Shown: positions 10,911 to 22,700 of the stretch, one piece after another
Layout: each line of letters opens with the position of its first letter
Position numbering within the stretch: the stretch's first letter is position 1
DNA from: Entomortierella parvispora E1425
Lineage: Eukaryota > Fungi > Mortierellomycota
Reading direction: 5' to 3'
DNA length: 64,000 nucleotides
Assembly: GCA_020891255.1 (NCBI GenBank)
Contig: BQFW01000007.1
Location: 1,116,001 to 1,180,000 of the forward strand
Notes under the pieces: model-generated
The model's database searches: none
Seen by the model: only the letters and a program-made list of their open reading frames with translations
What the model was told of the DNA's origin: nothing
Program-made: the position numbers and the translations under genes

Positions 10911-13900
10911 TCACCGCCCACCAAACATTTGCTTCTTGCCACGCCTGGCCCTTGGAGGAGAAGGCGGAGGCGCTCCGATCCGCTCCACCATCTCCTCCTC
11001 AAATACCGCCGCTTTGGCCCGCAATCGCTTGCGTTTCTTGACCACTGGCGGATCTACTTGGATCTCTGCTGGCGTCTGTTCTCCTCCTCCACCTTGTTCT
11101 GCTCCTCCCCCTTGTTCTGCTGTCCCAGCACCTGAGGTCAATGACGAATCATTCTTGGCTGACTCAAGGTCCTCTAGGGGCTCATGGCCAAGATCTCGAT
11201 CTTCATTCGGAGCTTGTTCCGTTTCTGGGCTTTGTTCGTTTGTTCCGTATTCAGAGTAATCATGGTCCGACTCCCAGTGCAGTTTTGGCGGGGGTGATAA
11301 TGTCTCCAATCTAGGATAAAGATTCCGAACAGGTGAGAGCTCGGCCAGCGGTGTACCAACATGATCGTCGATGCTGTACTGAGAGGCCTCTTCTTTGACT
11401 GGCGTGTTAACCGCGATGGACTGTTGGTGGTCAGAGTCTACAGCGATAGGCGCCGCCCGTCTCCTCTTGACGGGCCTCTCCTCGTAATCCTCATCAGACT
11501 CTGCAACGCGGACGGAGCGTCTTGAGATTCGAGACCTGCGAATGGGCTGAGATCCCTCACTCTCACTCGAGTACTGACTTTGAGTCTGAAACCCTCCAGT
11601 GGACCTCCGTCTAGGTACTGCCGAAGGGAGCTCAATGACAGGCATTGGAAGGGAACGCCGTTGGAGGTCTCTTCTGGATCTGACTGCTCGACTTTTGGTA
11701 GCCAGCACTTTTGACCCCTCTTTGCCATCATCGTTATTGTCGCTACTGTCGCTGATAATAATGACTCTGTCCATACTCTTGAATGCCAAATGTGCTTGGT
11801 CGTGCACCTTTGGAGTAACATCTTTGTCACCGTGGTCAACTTCGCCATCATGAACAGGCAGTTTGCATTGGTCAGCCTCTTCTGGGGTCTGGTCGTGGTC
11901 AGCTTGATCACACTTCGAGTCGCCTTCCTCAAGATTCTCGTCTTTCTCCCTGCTGTCCTCCGAAGCAGCCATGGCAGCAGAATCTTCCGCTTGGTCCATA
12001 GAAACCACGGGATGCGAATCGTTCAAATCTGAAGGACAGTCGGAGGCGCTGGAATCCAGTCCTTCGTGGTTCATCAGATCATGTTCATTCTGATTGCCCT
12101 CGATAGAATCGGTTCCCAGAGAGTTCAACGGTTCATCCACAGAGTTCGATTGAAATTCAATGACGGCCGCTGAGGGTGGTGTAGCTCGTTCTTGATCTTC
12201 CGATGCAAGAGTGATCTTGTCATCCTCCATCTCGCTCCCGCAGTCATGATAAACTTCTCCGGGGACATTGGTGCTCAGAGCCACTGTGGCATCAACATCA
12301 TCAGTGTCAACGCAGGAGCCGGTCTCGTTGTGTTGCTCGCCCGGGTCGGATATCATAGACAGGGCATCAACTGTTTCCAACGAGAAATTCTCGTTCTCCG
12401 CTGTTATGGGCGAGTCCCTTGAGGTATCAGGAAGACGATTTTCATCCATTGTTGTCATAGCCGGGTCATTCGAGGTAACAGACATATTGCACTGTGATAA
12501 ACTGCCAGGGGCCGAGGACATCGTGTGAGATCCAGGAACTGGTGCACGATTGAACCATGTTTTCCAAGCCTTGTTCTCAACAGTGGCGCATTCCAAAGCC
12601 TCCTCTACTTCCTTCATACGCCGAGGTCCTGGTCGTGCACGATTCGCGAGAGTACAAAGCTCTGTCTCTAGCTGTTGAATGCGCTGTTCACTGGCAAGCA
12701 ACTTTTCTTCAAGCTCAACCACCCGATTCCTGGATTGAGTTTCCGACTGGATGGTCTCTTTGACAGTATCCTTCAGCGAGCCCAAGAGTGTGTCCTTCAT
12801 GTGCTGAATTTCTGCATGATATGCCTCTCGCTCCGTATAGAACCTTTCATTCTCGGATTGTGCCATTGCCAAAAGATCAGATTGTCGACACAACTGTTCC
12901 TGAAGTCGATCCTTCTCAGCCTGGGCGTCAGTCACCTGTTCTTGGATTACGACTAGGCGATCTTCTGCCTCGGCAAGACGCTTCATCTCTTCCTTGTTTT
13001 GGCCAAGCTTGATCTCAAGCATGTCCTTGTCTGATCGCAACATAGCCAACTGCTTCAGTTCTTCTTTCCTCTTAAGCTCCATATTTTCGAGATTTTGCTT
13101 CAACTCCTTGTTCTGCGCAGCCTGCAGCGAAGCCAACTCTGAAAGCTCTCGGATAGCCATCTCTGTAAGCTCCCGGACAGCTCGTTGTTGCGCCTCTGTG
13201 CTGTTTTGCTTGGATTGTGCAGCCTCTTCCAAGTCAAGAGTGCGCTTCTCCAACAAAGCATCGAGTCTCGGTATAATTTCATCTGCAAACTCTGCTCGAA
13301 TTGACTCTTCCATGTTGTTTGCACGAGTCTCCGACGCCACCAACTTTTCATAAAGGTCGCTGATCTGGCCGTGCAACTGTTGAACAAGGTCATCTTGGTC
13401 TGGCTGTGATTCCTGTCTGCCATTGCTCAATGTTGATTCTGCAGGTCCCTTAGAGTTGGTTGCCTCCGAGGGACTGGTGATGACGGCCCCTCTCACCATG
13501 GGTGGGAGAGATCGTGGGGTTGATACATCCATTGCGACTGAAGCGAATCGGAGGGCCTGAAGTGTTTCGTCAAAGTCCGTCTCAGATGGATTCACATTGA
13601 CAATCAATGCGACTTGTGAATTTGAGCGTCCTTCGAGAGAGCTTTGAAAGAGCTGAGTAAGCTTGCTCTGACGATAGGGAACGAGCTCAGGTTGCTAAAA
13701 TGAAAGGGAGAGAGAGAGTGTATCATCAATACCAGGAAATAAAAAGTTTTTACCTTCAAGAGAAGGATTGTATCATGATGACTATACCTTTGATTTCCTA
13801 GATTGATTTCCGCGAAGGATCTCCATACATTGGCCCAAGACCATTAAGCTTGTGTTGATGTTTCCAGCCTCCCGGAGTCTTTGTCCCGAGCTTTTTGTAT

Positions 13901-15710
13901 TTTTCATCCTCTCCGATCCAGCCAAATCGACAATCGACAGCCGTGAGACAGAAGTTTTACCCTTGGCTGCATCCTCGGACGCACTTGTCCCAAATCGAGG
14001 CGTCTTCAACACCTTGATGGTAAAGATGCTGTGACTTCGTGATGACAGACGGTTGACCAAAGTGGACGAAACTTGACGTTGCCTTAATCCTGTTTGAACG
14101 ATCAAAAGTGCCTCTTCCAGATTTCTCGCTCGGATCTCTTGCAGTCCTTGGACATACTTGTGACCAGTGCTCGGGTCCGTCATCAACTGTAGTGCAGGCC
14201 GCCGCGTATCCATCGAAGCCAGTGCAGGAGCCAAGGGCGCCGACGAGTCTGCAAGCAGATCGTAAATCTTTTCAGTGTATACCTCTGCGCATGATATCCA
14301 AACAGTATAGTCCATTCCCTCCGACAGATTAATTTCTAATTTGATTTTGAAGAGCCACAGGCAGTGTTAGTCTTGGGCATGGCTTGATTTGAAATATGAA
14401 ATATTGAACTTACCATGGGAGTCAATCAAGTTTTCTGCCCGAATTTCATCAAGATTCACTTTCAAGGTGTCTGCCATGGATGCCAAGGCCTTGTTCCTGG
14501 ATGCCAATGACTTTAAAATGCCTGGTTGTTCCGTGTGATCTTCCAGTCCTGTAGAGTCAATGATTTCAACATCCTGGAATCTGACTGGCCTGTAATGAAC
14601 AGAATCGTCGGTTTCCTGAGTAAGGGCTTCGACGGACTTGAATATGGCAGCGAGAGCGCGGGGCAAAATACCGGCTTCCCCTGGACGACTGTTGCCAATA
14701 ATCGAATGAGTCTTTCCAGAGTTGCTTACTCCATAGGCGAACAGCAAAGAGTTGTAGTTGTCCTGCTGGAGCACCGATTTCAAGAGGGGTAAGCAGGTCT
14801 CATCAAAGATCCTGGCCTGCATTGTTGTCTGATCAAAGATCTGCGTAAACTGATATCGGGTCGGCTTCTTTGTGCGTGCCTACAAATTTGAATCAGGACC
14901 TTTTGTTCAATGGACAGGGTTGGCATAAACACAAGGGGAATCAGACGCACGCACTTACGTTTTCAGGCGGTGTCATGGTGATTTCAGTACTGTCATCCAA
15001 GTGGATATAGCTTTTGCGATCCAGATCCATATCGATGTTTGATCCAGTCGATGGCCGCAGGCGGAGAAAAGTCTAGCAAGGGTTATAATGTCTGTCAATA
15101 CGTCTACTCTATTTCAGAAGCGCTCGACCTGGGGGGATCAGAGTATCAGGCCGTAGGGTATTACCTTGATAGACTCGCGTTCTGGTTCTTGAAGCGGTGG
15201 CGGCAGAGGCTCTGTTGTTGTCTTTGGACTGTTGGACACAACAGCGGGGGTATACTTTGAACCCGACACTGGCTGTGATGACGAGTTTTCGGATGCTTCT
15301 GATTCTGATGACGAGTCGGACGAGTCTTCGGACTGGATCGAGGACCCTGGCAGGGTCAGATCGCTGAGTGAGAGCCGGTTGTTGATATGCGATCCCTTCA
15401 AGGGAGAGGATGGCTCAGGTCGTTGGGAAGAAAAGAAAGAAGTTTTGCTGGAGGTGGGCGAGTGTCTGACCTGGAAAGACGGAAGACCAGGGGTGGCTCT
15501 GTAGGTCTTTTGACCCTTGGGCGATGATCTGGACCCATTATCGACATAGGTTCTCGGCGGCCTCAGAAAGACAGAGTGGCCCTTTGATTTTGGGCGAGAG
15601 TGCTGTGGGGTTGGTGGTTGAGACTGGGGATGCGAAGAGGACGAGGAAGATGAAGATGGGGATAAAGAGGATGCTGAAGATCCAGTCGTGTTTCGCGAGA
15701 GGGCTGTCAT
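10911..15710 (-). CDS. Kinesin-6 family motor (MKLP/KIF20/Klp9-like) with coiled coil and long acidic disordered tail
   Basis: P-loop FAYGVSNSGKT, switch I SSRSHSIF, switch II VDLAGSER and LVPYRQSKLT. A long insertion after GILPRAL is typical of the kinesin-6 loop-6 insert. Coiled-coil heptads follow, and a basic NLS-like KKRKRLR sits at the C-terminus. Five GT-AG introns traced; the start codon is uncertain. Confidence 0.85.
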
Positions 15711-16058
15711 GGTTGTCTTTGCCTTGACTGGCCTGGAGGGTGTGCAGGCAAACAAAAAAAGAAAAAGAACAAAGGCTGTTAGTTCACGAAAGGCAAAGTG
15801 AAGGAAGAGCAGCTACGAGGAATGAAGTGTACCGGACATGTCGGCTGTGCTTGTCCGACTTCATGGGATCGGGAAGGCAGGAATGTGCCTGGACAATGGA
15901 ATGAACAGAAGGTGGGCAAGGATGGATGGATGGATGGAATGCAATGAATGCAGTGAATGCAATGCATGCAAGGGGAACAAAAAGAAAAAAATAGAGGAGT
16001 CGTGTTTGGTGGCAAAACAAGCAATTGTTGACAAGGGAGTGCACGTGACTGATTGCTA

Positions 16059-16088
16059 GTGTGAGTGTGAGTGTGAGTGTGAGTGAGT
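16059..16088. repeat. (GTGTGA)n short tandem repeat
   Basis: gtgtgagtgtgagtgtgagtgtgagtgagtg. Confidence 0.8.
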
Positions 16089-17172
16089 GGAGAGTGCCAA
16101 GTGTTGTTGCACACAAACAAAGACTCACAGAAAGAGAGAGGCAAAGCAAAGTGAGCATCGATGGTGCAGTGGGAAACAACGGCCATTCTCTGTCCTCCTT
16201 CGCCCTCGCCCTCTTTCTCGCCTTCCTGTGACAAATGAGCAATGGCGCGAAAAGAGGCCTGTGACCAGGGCAAGAGTGCCAAAAAGCGTCCATCCGCCCA
16301 ATGATCGCAGCCAGATAGACAGACGTCCGTCTCTTCGTCCTCTTTGTCTTCTCTCTTCTCTTCTCTTCATCTTCATCTCTTTGCTTCACCCTTCCTTCCT
16401 TCATCCTTCCTTGTCCTGCTTCTCTCATTCCTTCATTCCTTCATCCCTCTCTCTCTCTCTCTCTCCTCCTTCCTCTCGTCTCTCTCATCGCCAACGTCCA
16501 GTAAAGTGAAGAACAACTTTTTTTACTTTTTCTTTCTCTTCGCATCCCGCTTCCATCCTTCTCATTGCTGCTCATCACCTTCCGAGCCTGCTCTGACCTC
16601 TCGTGGTGGACTGCTGCTGCACTTGGAGAGCTCTCTTCCTTTCTGCACCCTTTTTTCTTTCCCTCCTGCCTCTTCCCTTCCACATACCCACTTCTTTATC
16701 TCAATCAACGTTTTCCCAGTCGGGGTGTGATAAACAAGGGTGCTCTTTTTCTTCTGTGCCCTGTGTCCTTTTTGTGAGTGTGTGCATCTCTCTCACTGAC
16801 TTCTTTTTTCCTTCTTTTTCCCTCTTCCTCTTCCTCTTCCTTCTCTCCTTCAGTCTTTCCTCTTCGCCTTTACGAAGGACAAAGTCCCCCAGTCTTTTAG
16901 TTCTTCCGCCTCCTTCCTTCTCCCACGCAATTGACTCCGAACCTCCGGACTGTGTCTTCTTCGCCGCCCAGAGGAACCCCACCAAACAACCCGCTTTCCT
17001 CACCTTGTGATCGGACTCCGGCCTACTCTTTCTCTCCCAGGAACCAGTCTCTCTTTCTCTCCTTCTCTCTCTTGTTCTCGGAAAGAAACAGCCCCCTCTC
17101 TCTCCTTCTCCTCTCTCACAAACCCATCCTTCCTTCTCCGTCCGCCAAAGAAAAAAACAAAAACAAAAAAAG

Positions 17173-19147
17173 ATGGCACCCAACCCACCTCTGACAGAGA
17201 CCGAAGAGCTCTTGATTGACGCCTACACGACCATCTTGAACAAACCCTTCGAGGACAAGTACGAGGACAAGTGGCAGGATGAACCCTTTGATCGCGCCAT
17301 TGACCAGTTCAAGTCGCGCGCTCAAGAGATTGGCTTTTCCGATCCTTTTGAGCTCCTGTCCCGATTCCAGATTGAGTCCTACGAAACGATCCGAAGTGAG
17401 CTCAAGAAGGGCCCTGCCCTCTGTTTCCGACCGGGCTGGAAGAGTCCGATCTTGGAGACCACTGTGGATCTGAGGGCGTTGAGGGAGAGGACAGAGCATC
17501 TGATGGGTCCAAAATACGAAGGTCTGGAACGGATCGTCGTCTTGGACTTTTGGGCTTCATGGTAAGTCATAATTTTTTGTTGTTTTTGTTGATGTTCATT
17601 GCTGTTGTGAACTTCTCTCCCAAGAGGGGAAGAGGAGAGGTCAGAGCGAAACAAATGATATGGAAAGTGAGATGGGCGAGGTGAGGGATGGGATAGAAGA
17701 GGGGTGGATTATGGATACTCCGTTCACACAGAGTCACCGCTTGTTGCCAGTTGGGAGAACATTGACACACATGCAGTCAAAACAACAGATACACAAGACA
17801 CTTTCACTTTCTCATGGACCCAGCCTGGACCGCCGGAAAATGCACAGCTTGGGGGGAGGGCAAGGGTGCAACTATCGTTTTTACTTCATCTTTTTTATTT
17901 TATATTGTTTTTTTTTTGGTTCTTGAGCATGCTGCGCCGATGCGCGTTTCCTTCGGTCGGGTCCTGTGGCCCTCGCTCTTTCTTTCTTCTTGAGGTCGGT
18001 CTGGAGCTGGTTCCAGTTTGAGTGGGTTGATGGTTTAAAGTTGACACACAAAGAGGCAGGTCAAAAAAAAAAAAAAAAAAAAAAGGCAGTCAGGAAAATA
18101 GAGTATCGCCCATCTTTTGTCCACCGGGATAATCTGTGCACTCCAGGATGACGAATAACGACGATAAAGACACAGAGATGTTGGCCGTTTTTTTTTCTTT
18201 CTTGAACGCTCTTGTGACCTGCACCACACAGGACACAAACAGATCGCCCCGTTGTGTCTCCCCCTTTTTTTCTGCCCTTTCGCTTCCCTCTTCTTTTTTT
18301 TTTATTCAAAAAAACCCTATCGGATCGGAACTCCAATGGGGATCGGCAATTTTAGAAGGTCCCTTATGAGACAACTGCGGGGTCGAGACCGTGTCCAATC
18401 TTTTATGGTTTCTGGAGTGGACCCCAGGAGGAAGAAGGGAACCAGGTTGGAGGTTCATGAAGGATAAGAGAGGGAGAGGGTTAAAAAGCAGTAGAGTCAT
18501 TTGTATCAAAAACGGCCAAACTCAATGCTAATCATATGTCCACCCATGTCCCATTTTTTTTTTGTCTTGTCTGTTTCTCTTTGATAATAGGTGTGAACCG
18601 TGCGTTGAATCAGGACCAGTGATGTCACAATTGGCAGAGGAATACGCTGGCAGAGTCGCGTTCGTGGGCATCAACAACAACAGCATCTTTTCCACCACCA
18701 ACAAACCTCACAACATGGAACGGCTTTTGGCCTTTCTAGACGAACATCAGGAAGATTTCCGGTACACGATCCTGCTCGACAATGCAGAAGGCTTTGCAAA
18801 ACATTGTAAGTTTTTACTTTTCCTCTTTCTTTCTCTCTACCTTCTCCACTTTCTTATCGTTGCAACAAGGTTGTTCGGCGGGTTTCAATCCTGCATGAGA
18901 AACCAACAAAACCAAAAACTGATATATGCTGTGATTCTGACACTTGTGTTCCCTCTCTGTACGCGCGCGATCTCTTTTAGCCATTTACAACCCCTGTGGC
19001 TACAGAGGTATCCCATGCTGTATAATGATTGTAGATGGCGTGGTCAAGTTTGTGGGTCCACCTATGGAAGAGTTCAAAACGGCGTTGGAACAGGCATCAG
19101 ACGCCATTTACCCCAACCATTCGAGTTCTTCAGCAATGGAGCAATGA
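17173..19147 (+). CDS. TlpA/ResA-like thioredoxin-fold protein with an uncharacterised ~120-aa N-terminal region
   Basis: Exons 17173-17561, 18591-18805, 18981-19147. Spliced sequence gives VVLDFWASWCEPC (CxxC), VAFVGIN, YTILLDN and a cis-Pro loop GYRGIPC. Confidence 0.8.
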
Positions 19148-19731
19148 TCTGAAAAAAAAAAAAGAAAAGAAAAAATATTATAAAAAATCAACTAATTTTC
19201 CTATATTCGTGACAAGTGAAGATGGGATGACTCTGAATGAGCAATATGTGTAGACTGCTGGAGTGGTGGGAATTTCGCCCGCGTGCGGATTGGTTGAAGG
19301 GAACTGAGGTCCAAAAAAAAAAAATCTTGAGAGACAGAGAGCTCTTCTAGGCCCTGAGATTCTTTTGATTGCTTCTGGAGAAAGTTCGGAGAGAATTGAA
19401 AAGCTGACCACTCAAAGCGGGGCAAGGGCCTTCCCCTCGCCCTCACCTGTTGCCTTCACCCTTTGATGAATAAAGATGCAATAGAGGGCGGGATTCTCTT
19501 CCTTTTCTCATCGGCTTTTGCCTGACGGTGGAGGACAGCACGAAAAAAACAGGGCTCAGATTCGTTAGCGTGAGATTTTGAGATGCATGTTACAAACACA
19601 AAAATCAGGTCTCTACCTCTCACGACGCGTTCAGACTTCGAAATGCTATTCTTTTTATTATGTATTGTATGATGATGAATGGAGAGGAAACGCCGAGGGC
19701 AAAAAGAGGTTGTTTTTGTTGTGATTTGCTC

Positions 19732-22700
19732 CTAAGCATCATCCTCCTCCATTCTCTCCCTAGGAGGGACAACTTCTGGTCCAGTTGCCTCTGTCATTGG
19801 ATGGTCCACCCCTTCTTTGCTTTCGTTCTTGTTGATCATTATCACATCGCTGTCCTTGTCCTCTGCACTTTCCTCCACCAAGGTCTCGTCGTCCACTACA
19901 ATGGCCGTAGCCGCCGCTCCATTTTCAGAGACAGAGGCGGGATTGGTGGGAGTAGGAACAGAAACAGAAGCAGACGGCTGTGGAGCCTCGTCACTCGACT
20001 GCCCTGCTGGTGGTTGCAACTCTATCGGGTCCTTCGGCAAAAACATGGCCAGGCGACCTGCATACTTGTGCGGGAATTGATCCACAAGCTGATCCAGTTC
20101 TTTTTGAAGCTCCTGCCATTGGCTGAACTCTTCTGACGTAGGATCCACGTTTTCGATGCCAACGAGAACAAGGTTTTGAAGGCACTAGATAGGAATGAAG
20201 GAAAAAAGAAAACGATATTAGGGGTCACGGTCATCGCAAGCATGAAGATAAAAAATTAGCTTTCTCTCTCTCTCTCTCTTACCGTGATAACAGTCTTGGC
20301 TTCCTCAATCGACACAAGATTTGTCGATGCGGCTCCAGTCAACGCAGGAGCGCTAGCCTCTCCTTCAACACCCGCGCTGGGAGCAGCAGTGTCAACGGCG
20401 GAGCGGGTGGTGGGGCTAGCAGGCACATGTCGCTGCAAGACTTCTTGGATTTGTGTAAAGCTCGTCTTCATCGTCTGTTGTACCAAAGATGTCTCCACAT
20501 TCGAGAGCTTCAAGAGTTGACTTCCCGTCTTCAGACATGCCTGATTTAGGCTCACAAGGAACACCGTCCGTGCCAGGAACTTTTCCCAAAAGATGGACAC
20601 AAAGGGAGTCTGAAGCGCATGTCGAATCTCTGCATCATCCTCTGCCAACTCGGCTGTCTCGCACAAGATTTCAAAATGGGTCAGCACTCCAACAGGGACC
20701 TGCTCCATCGCCATGAGTGCAGCTACAAAGAGGAGTAGAACGTAATTAGAATCAGATAGCTGAATTCATTGACATCGAACAACTTGGGTGAATACAAAGT
20801 GAACGTACCAAGCTCTACTGCATGACTGTACTGTTTCTTTTCACCATCAAGCTTGCAGGCCAGTCGAGCAAGCGTCCAATAAGGCTCGAACCATTTCTTC
20901 AAAATTGACCGTGACGCCGCCATGTCCAAACTGGCAAACAGATCTGTGTGCATGTAGATCACAGGACCAATTCTCATAGGTGGAAGACTGACGCCCGAGT
21001 ACTGATGGGGTGCATCCAGTACCCCATATTGACAAAATGGTGAGTGAGCACCACCAAACATATCTGATACTGAAAGAGAATGAAGAAAGATGACAGTTTG
21101 TTAGTGACAATATCCCAAAATGTCCATGATGGATGATTCTTTCGGCAATTAGGGCATTACGTCTTGCTTGGGACTGTTGGCCACCCTCCACCAGATTTCT
21201 CCACTCAAAGTGGCTGCTATCCAGCTTGGACAAGATCACAGATGCCTGTGTATAGGTTGCTTCGCGTGCAATAAGCTGCAAGATATTGATGCTCTGCAAA
21301 AACACCTCATAAGGCGCCGCCCACATCAGATTCCGAAGCAAGACATCGATGGCCTGTCCAATGTTGCTCCAATGATCCATGGCCTCTGCAAAGTCTACAG
21401 GGATTAAAAGACCTGTTAATCTCTCTTTCGTCCCTTCTTTGACCAAGCTGCCTCGAACAAGGTGAGCACGAAAAGTCACTTACAAGGTGTGTTCCTGCAC
21501 ACGGTCATATTGCAAAGATAGTCGTTCAATAGCGACAGAGCCCCGGTAGCGTAAAAGTTATCGTCAGTGGTCAAGGAAGGTGTCTTGTCTGCAGTCACGA
21601 TGATCTAAATAGAAAAAAGGTTGCAAGGCACAAACTGTTAGTACCATTCAAGAACACTGCAGTGTTTTTTCCCCTTCAAACATTGTATCCTCCAAAGGCA
21701 GAACGTTACATTGGTCAAGTGAACGAGGCCATGGTTCTTCAGGAACAAGGCGCCTGACAGCTCGTTCTCTGCTTCATACGTTGCTCGACCCAATCTATTG
21801 GCAACGAAGGTAACAATGTGAGTATTCCTCTGCATGAAGCGTTTCCAAGGTCCTGAACCATCAATTACTGTCACTTACTTCACAAAGTGATCTCCAAACT
21901 TGGCAGTCTCTGGATTAGTCATCTGTCGCCAACACTCTTTCCTAAACATAGGCTGCACCGACAAGGTGTATTGCAACAGTCGATCAAGCTCCACAGGGCA
22001 CTTGAAATTCAGTAGGCAAAGAAAAATAGGGCAACAGTCAGCACGAAGAATCTGCGAAACTGTCCACATTTGTGATATACATGTCTAATACTTCATATTC
22101 CTTCTCGATCAAGTCAACTTACATGCATTCCAAAATCACCCCATTTCATGGCAGACAGTGCCCAGGAGTAGTTATGGCATGCGATCCATTCTCGATGGAA
22201 CTCTGGGGATAGCTGAGAGAACAGCAGGATAAGACCAAAGTATACCGGTAGGACCTCCCGATGAAACTGGACGTTGCTCGAGTGGTGCTGGAGGTAGACA
22301 TAGAACACGCAGAGGAGATGACGCAGGGGCTTGTGGTTCGCAAGTCTCATGTTCATATCCACGTCGCCATTTATGATCTTTCCCCAGAACACCATCATTT
22401 CCTAGAAAGAGACAAGAAAAAAAATAAGGGGCTGAGCATAATGTTCTTAAGACCTTCTCAGCCCTACGAGATAGCAGTATCGACTTGGTGCTTTACCTTT
22501 TTATCATAGTCCAAGTTGACCTTGTGAGCATCAATCTTGGTCAAGAGTTCGAGGAATGGGATCCAGTGTGGGCGGAACTAACCATTCATTTTCAAGTCGT
22601 TAGCGGTTGCACAGCAACAACAGCACAACAATTCGAATCTCAACCTACCATCATTCGCTCCTTATCCCCGCGGACAAGCTCAGTCAGAATGACAAAGTAG

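Noticed and set aside
15779-17183. Multiple 130-214-aa ORFs between kinesin and thioredoxin
   Set aside because: Low-complexity promoter/leader DNA with non-ATG starts and biased composition.
21875-21877. Apparent in-frame TAA between two same-frame USP ORFs (possible readthrough or pseudogene)
   Set aside because: It lies inside an ordinary 84-nt intron (GTAAGT...CTCAC...CCAATAG) whose removal restores the frame.
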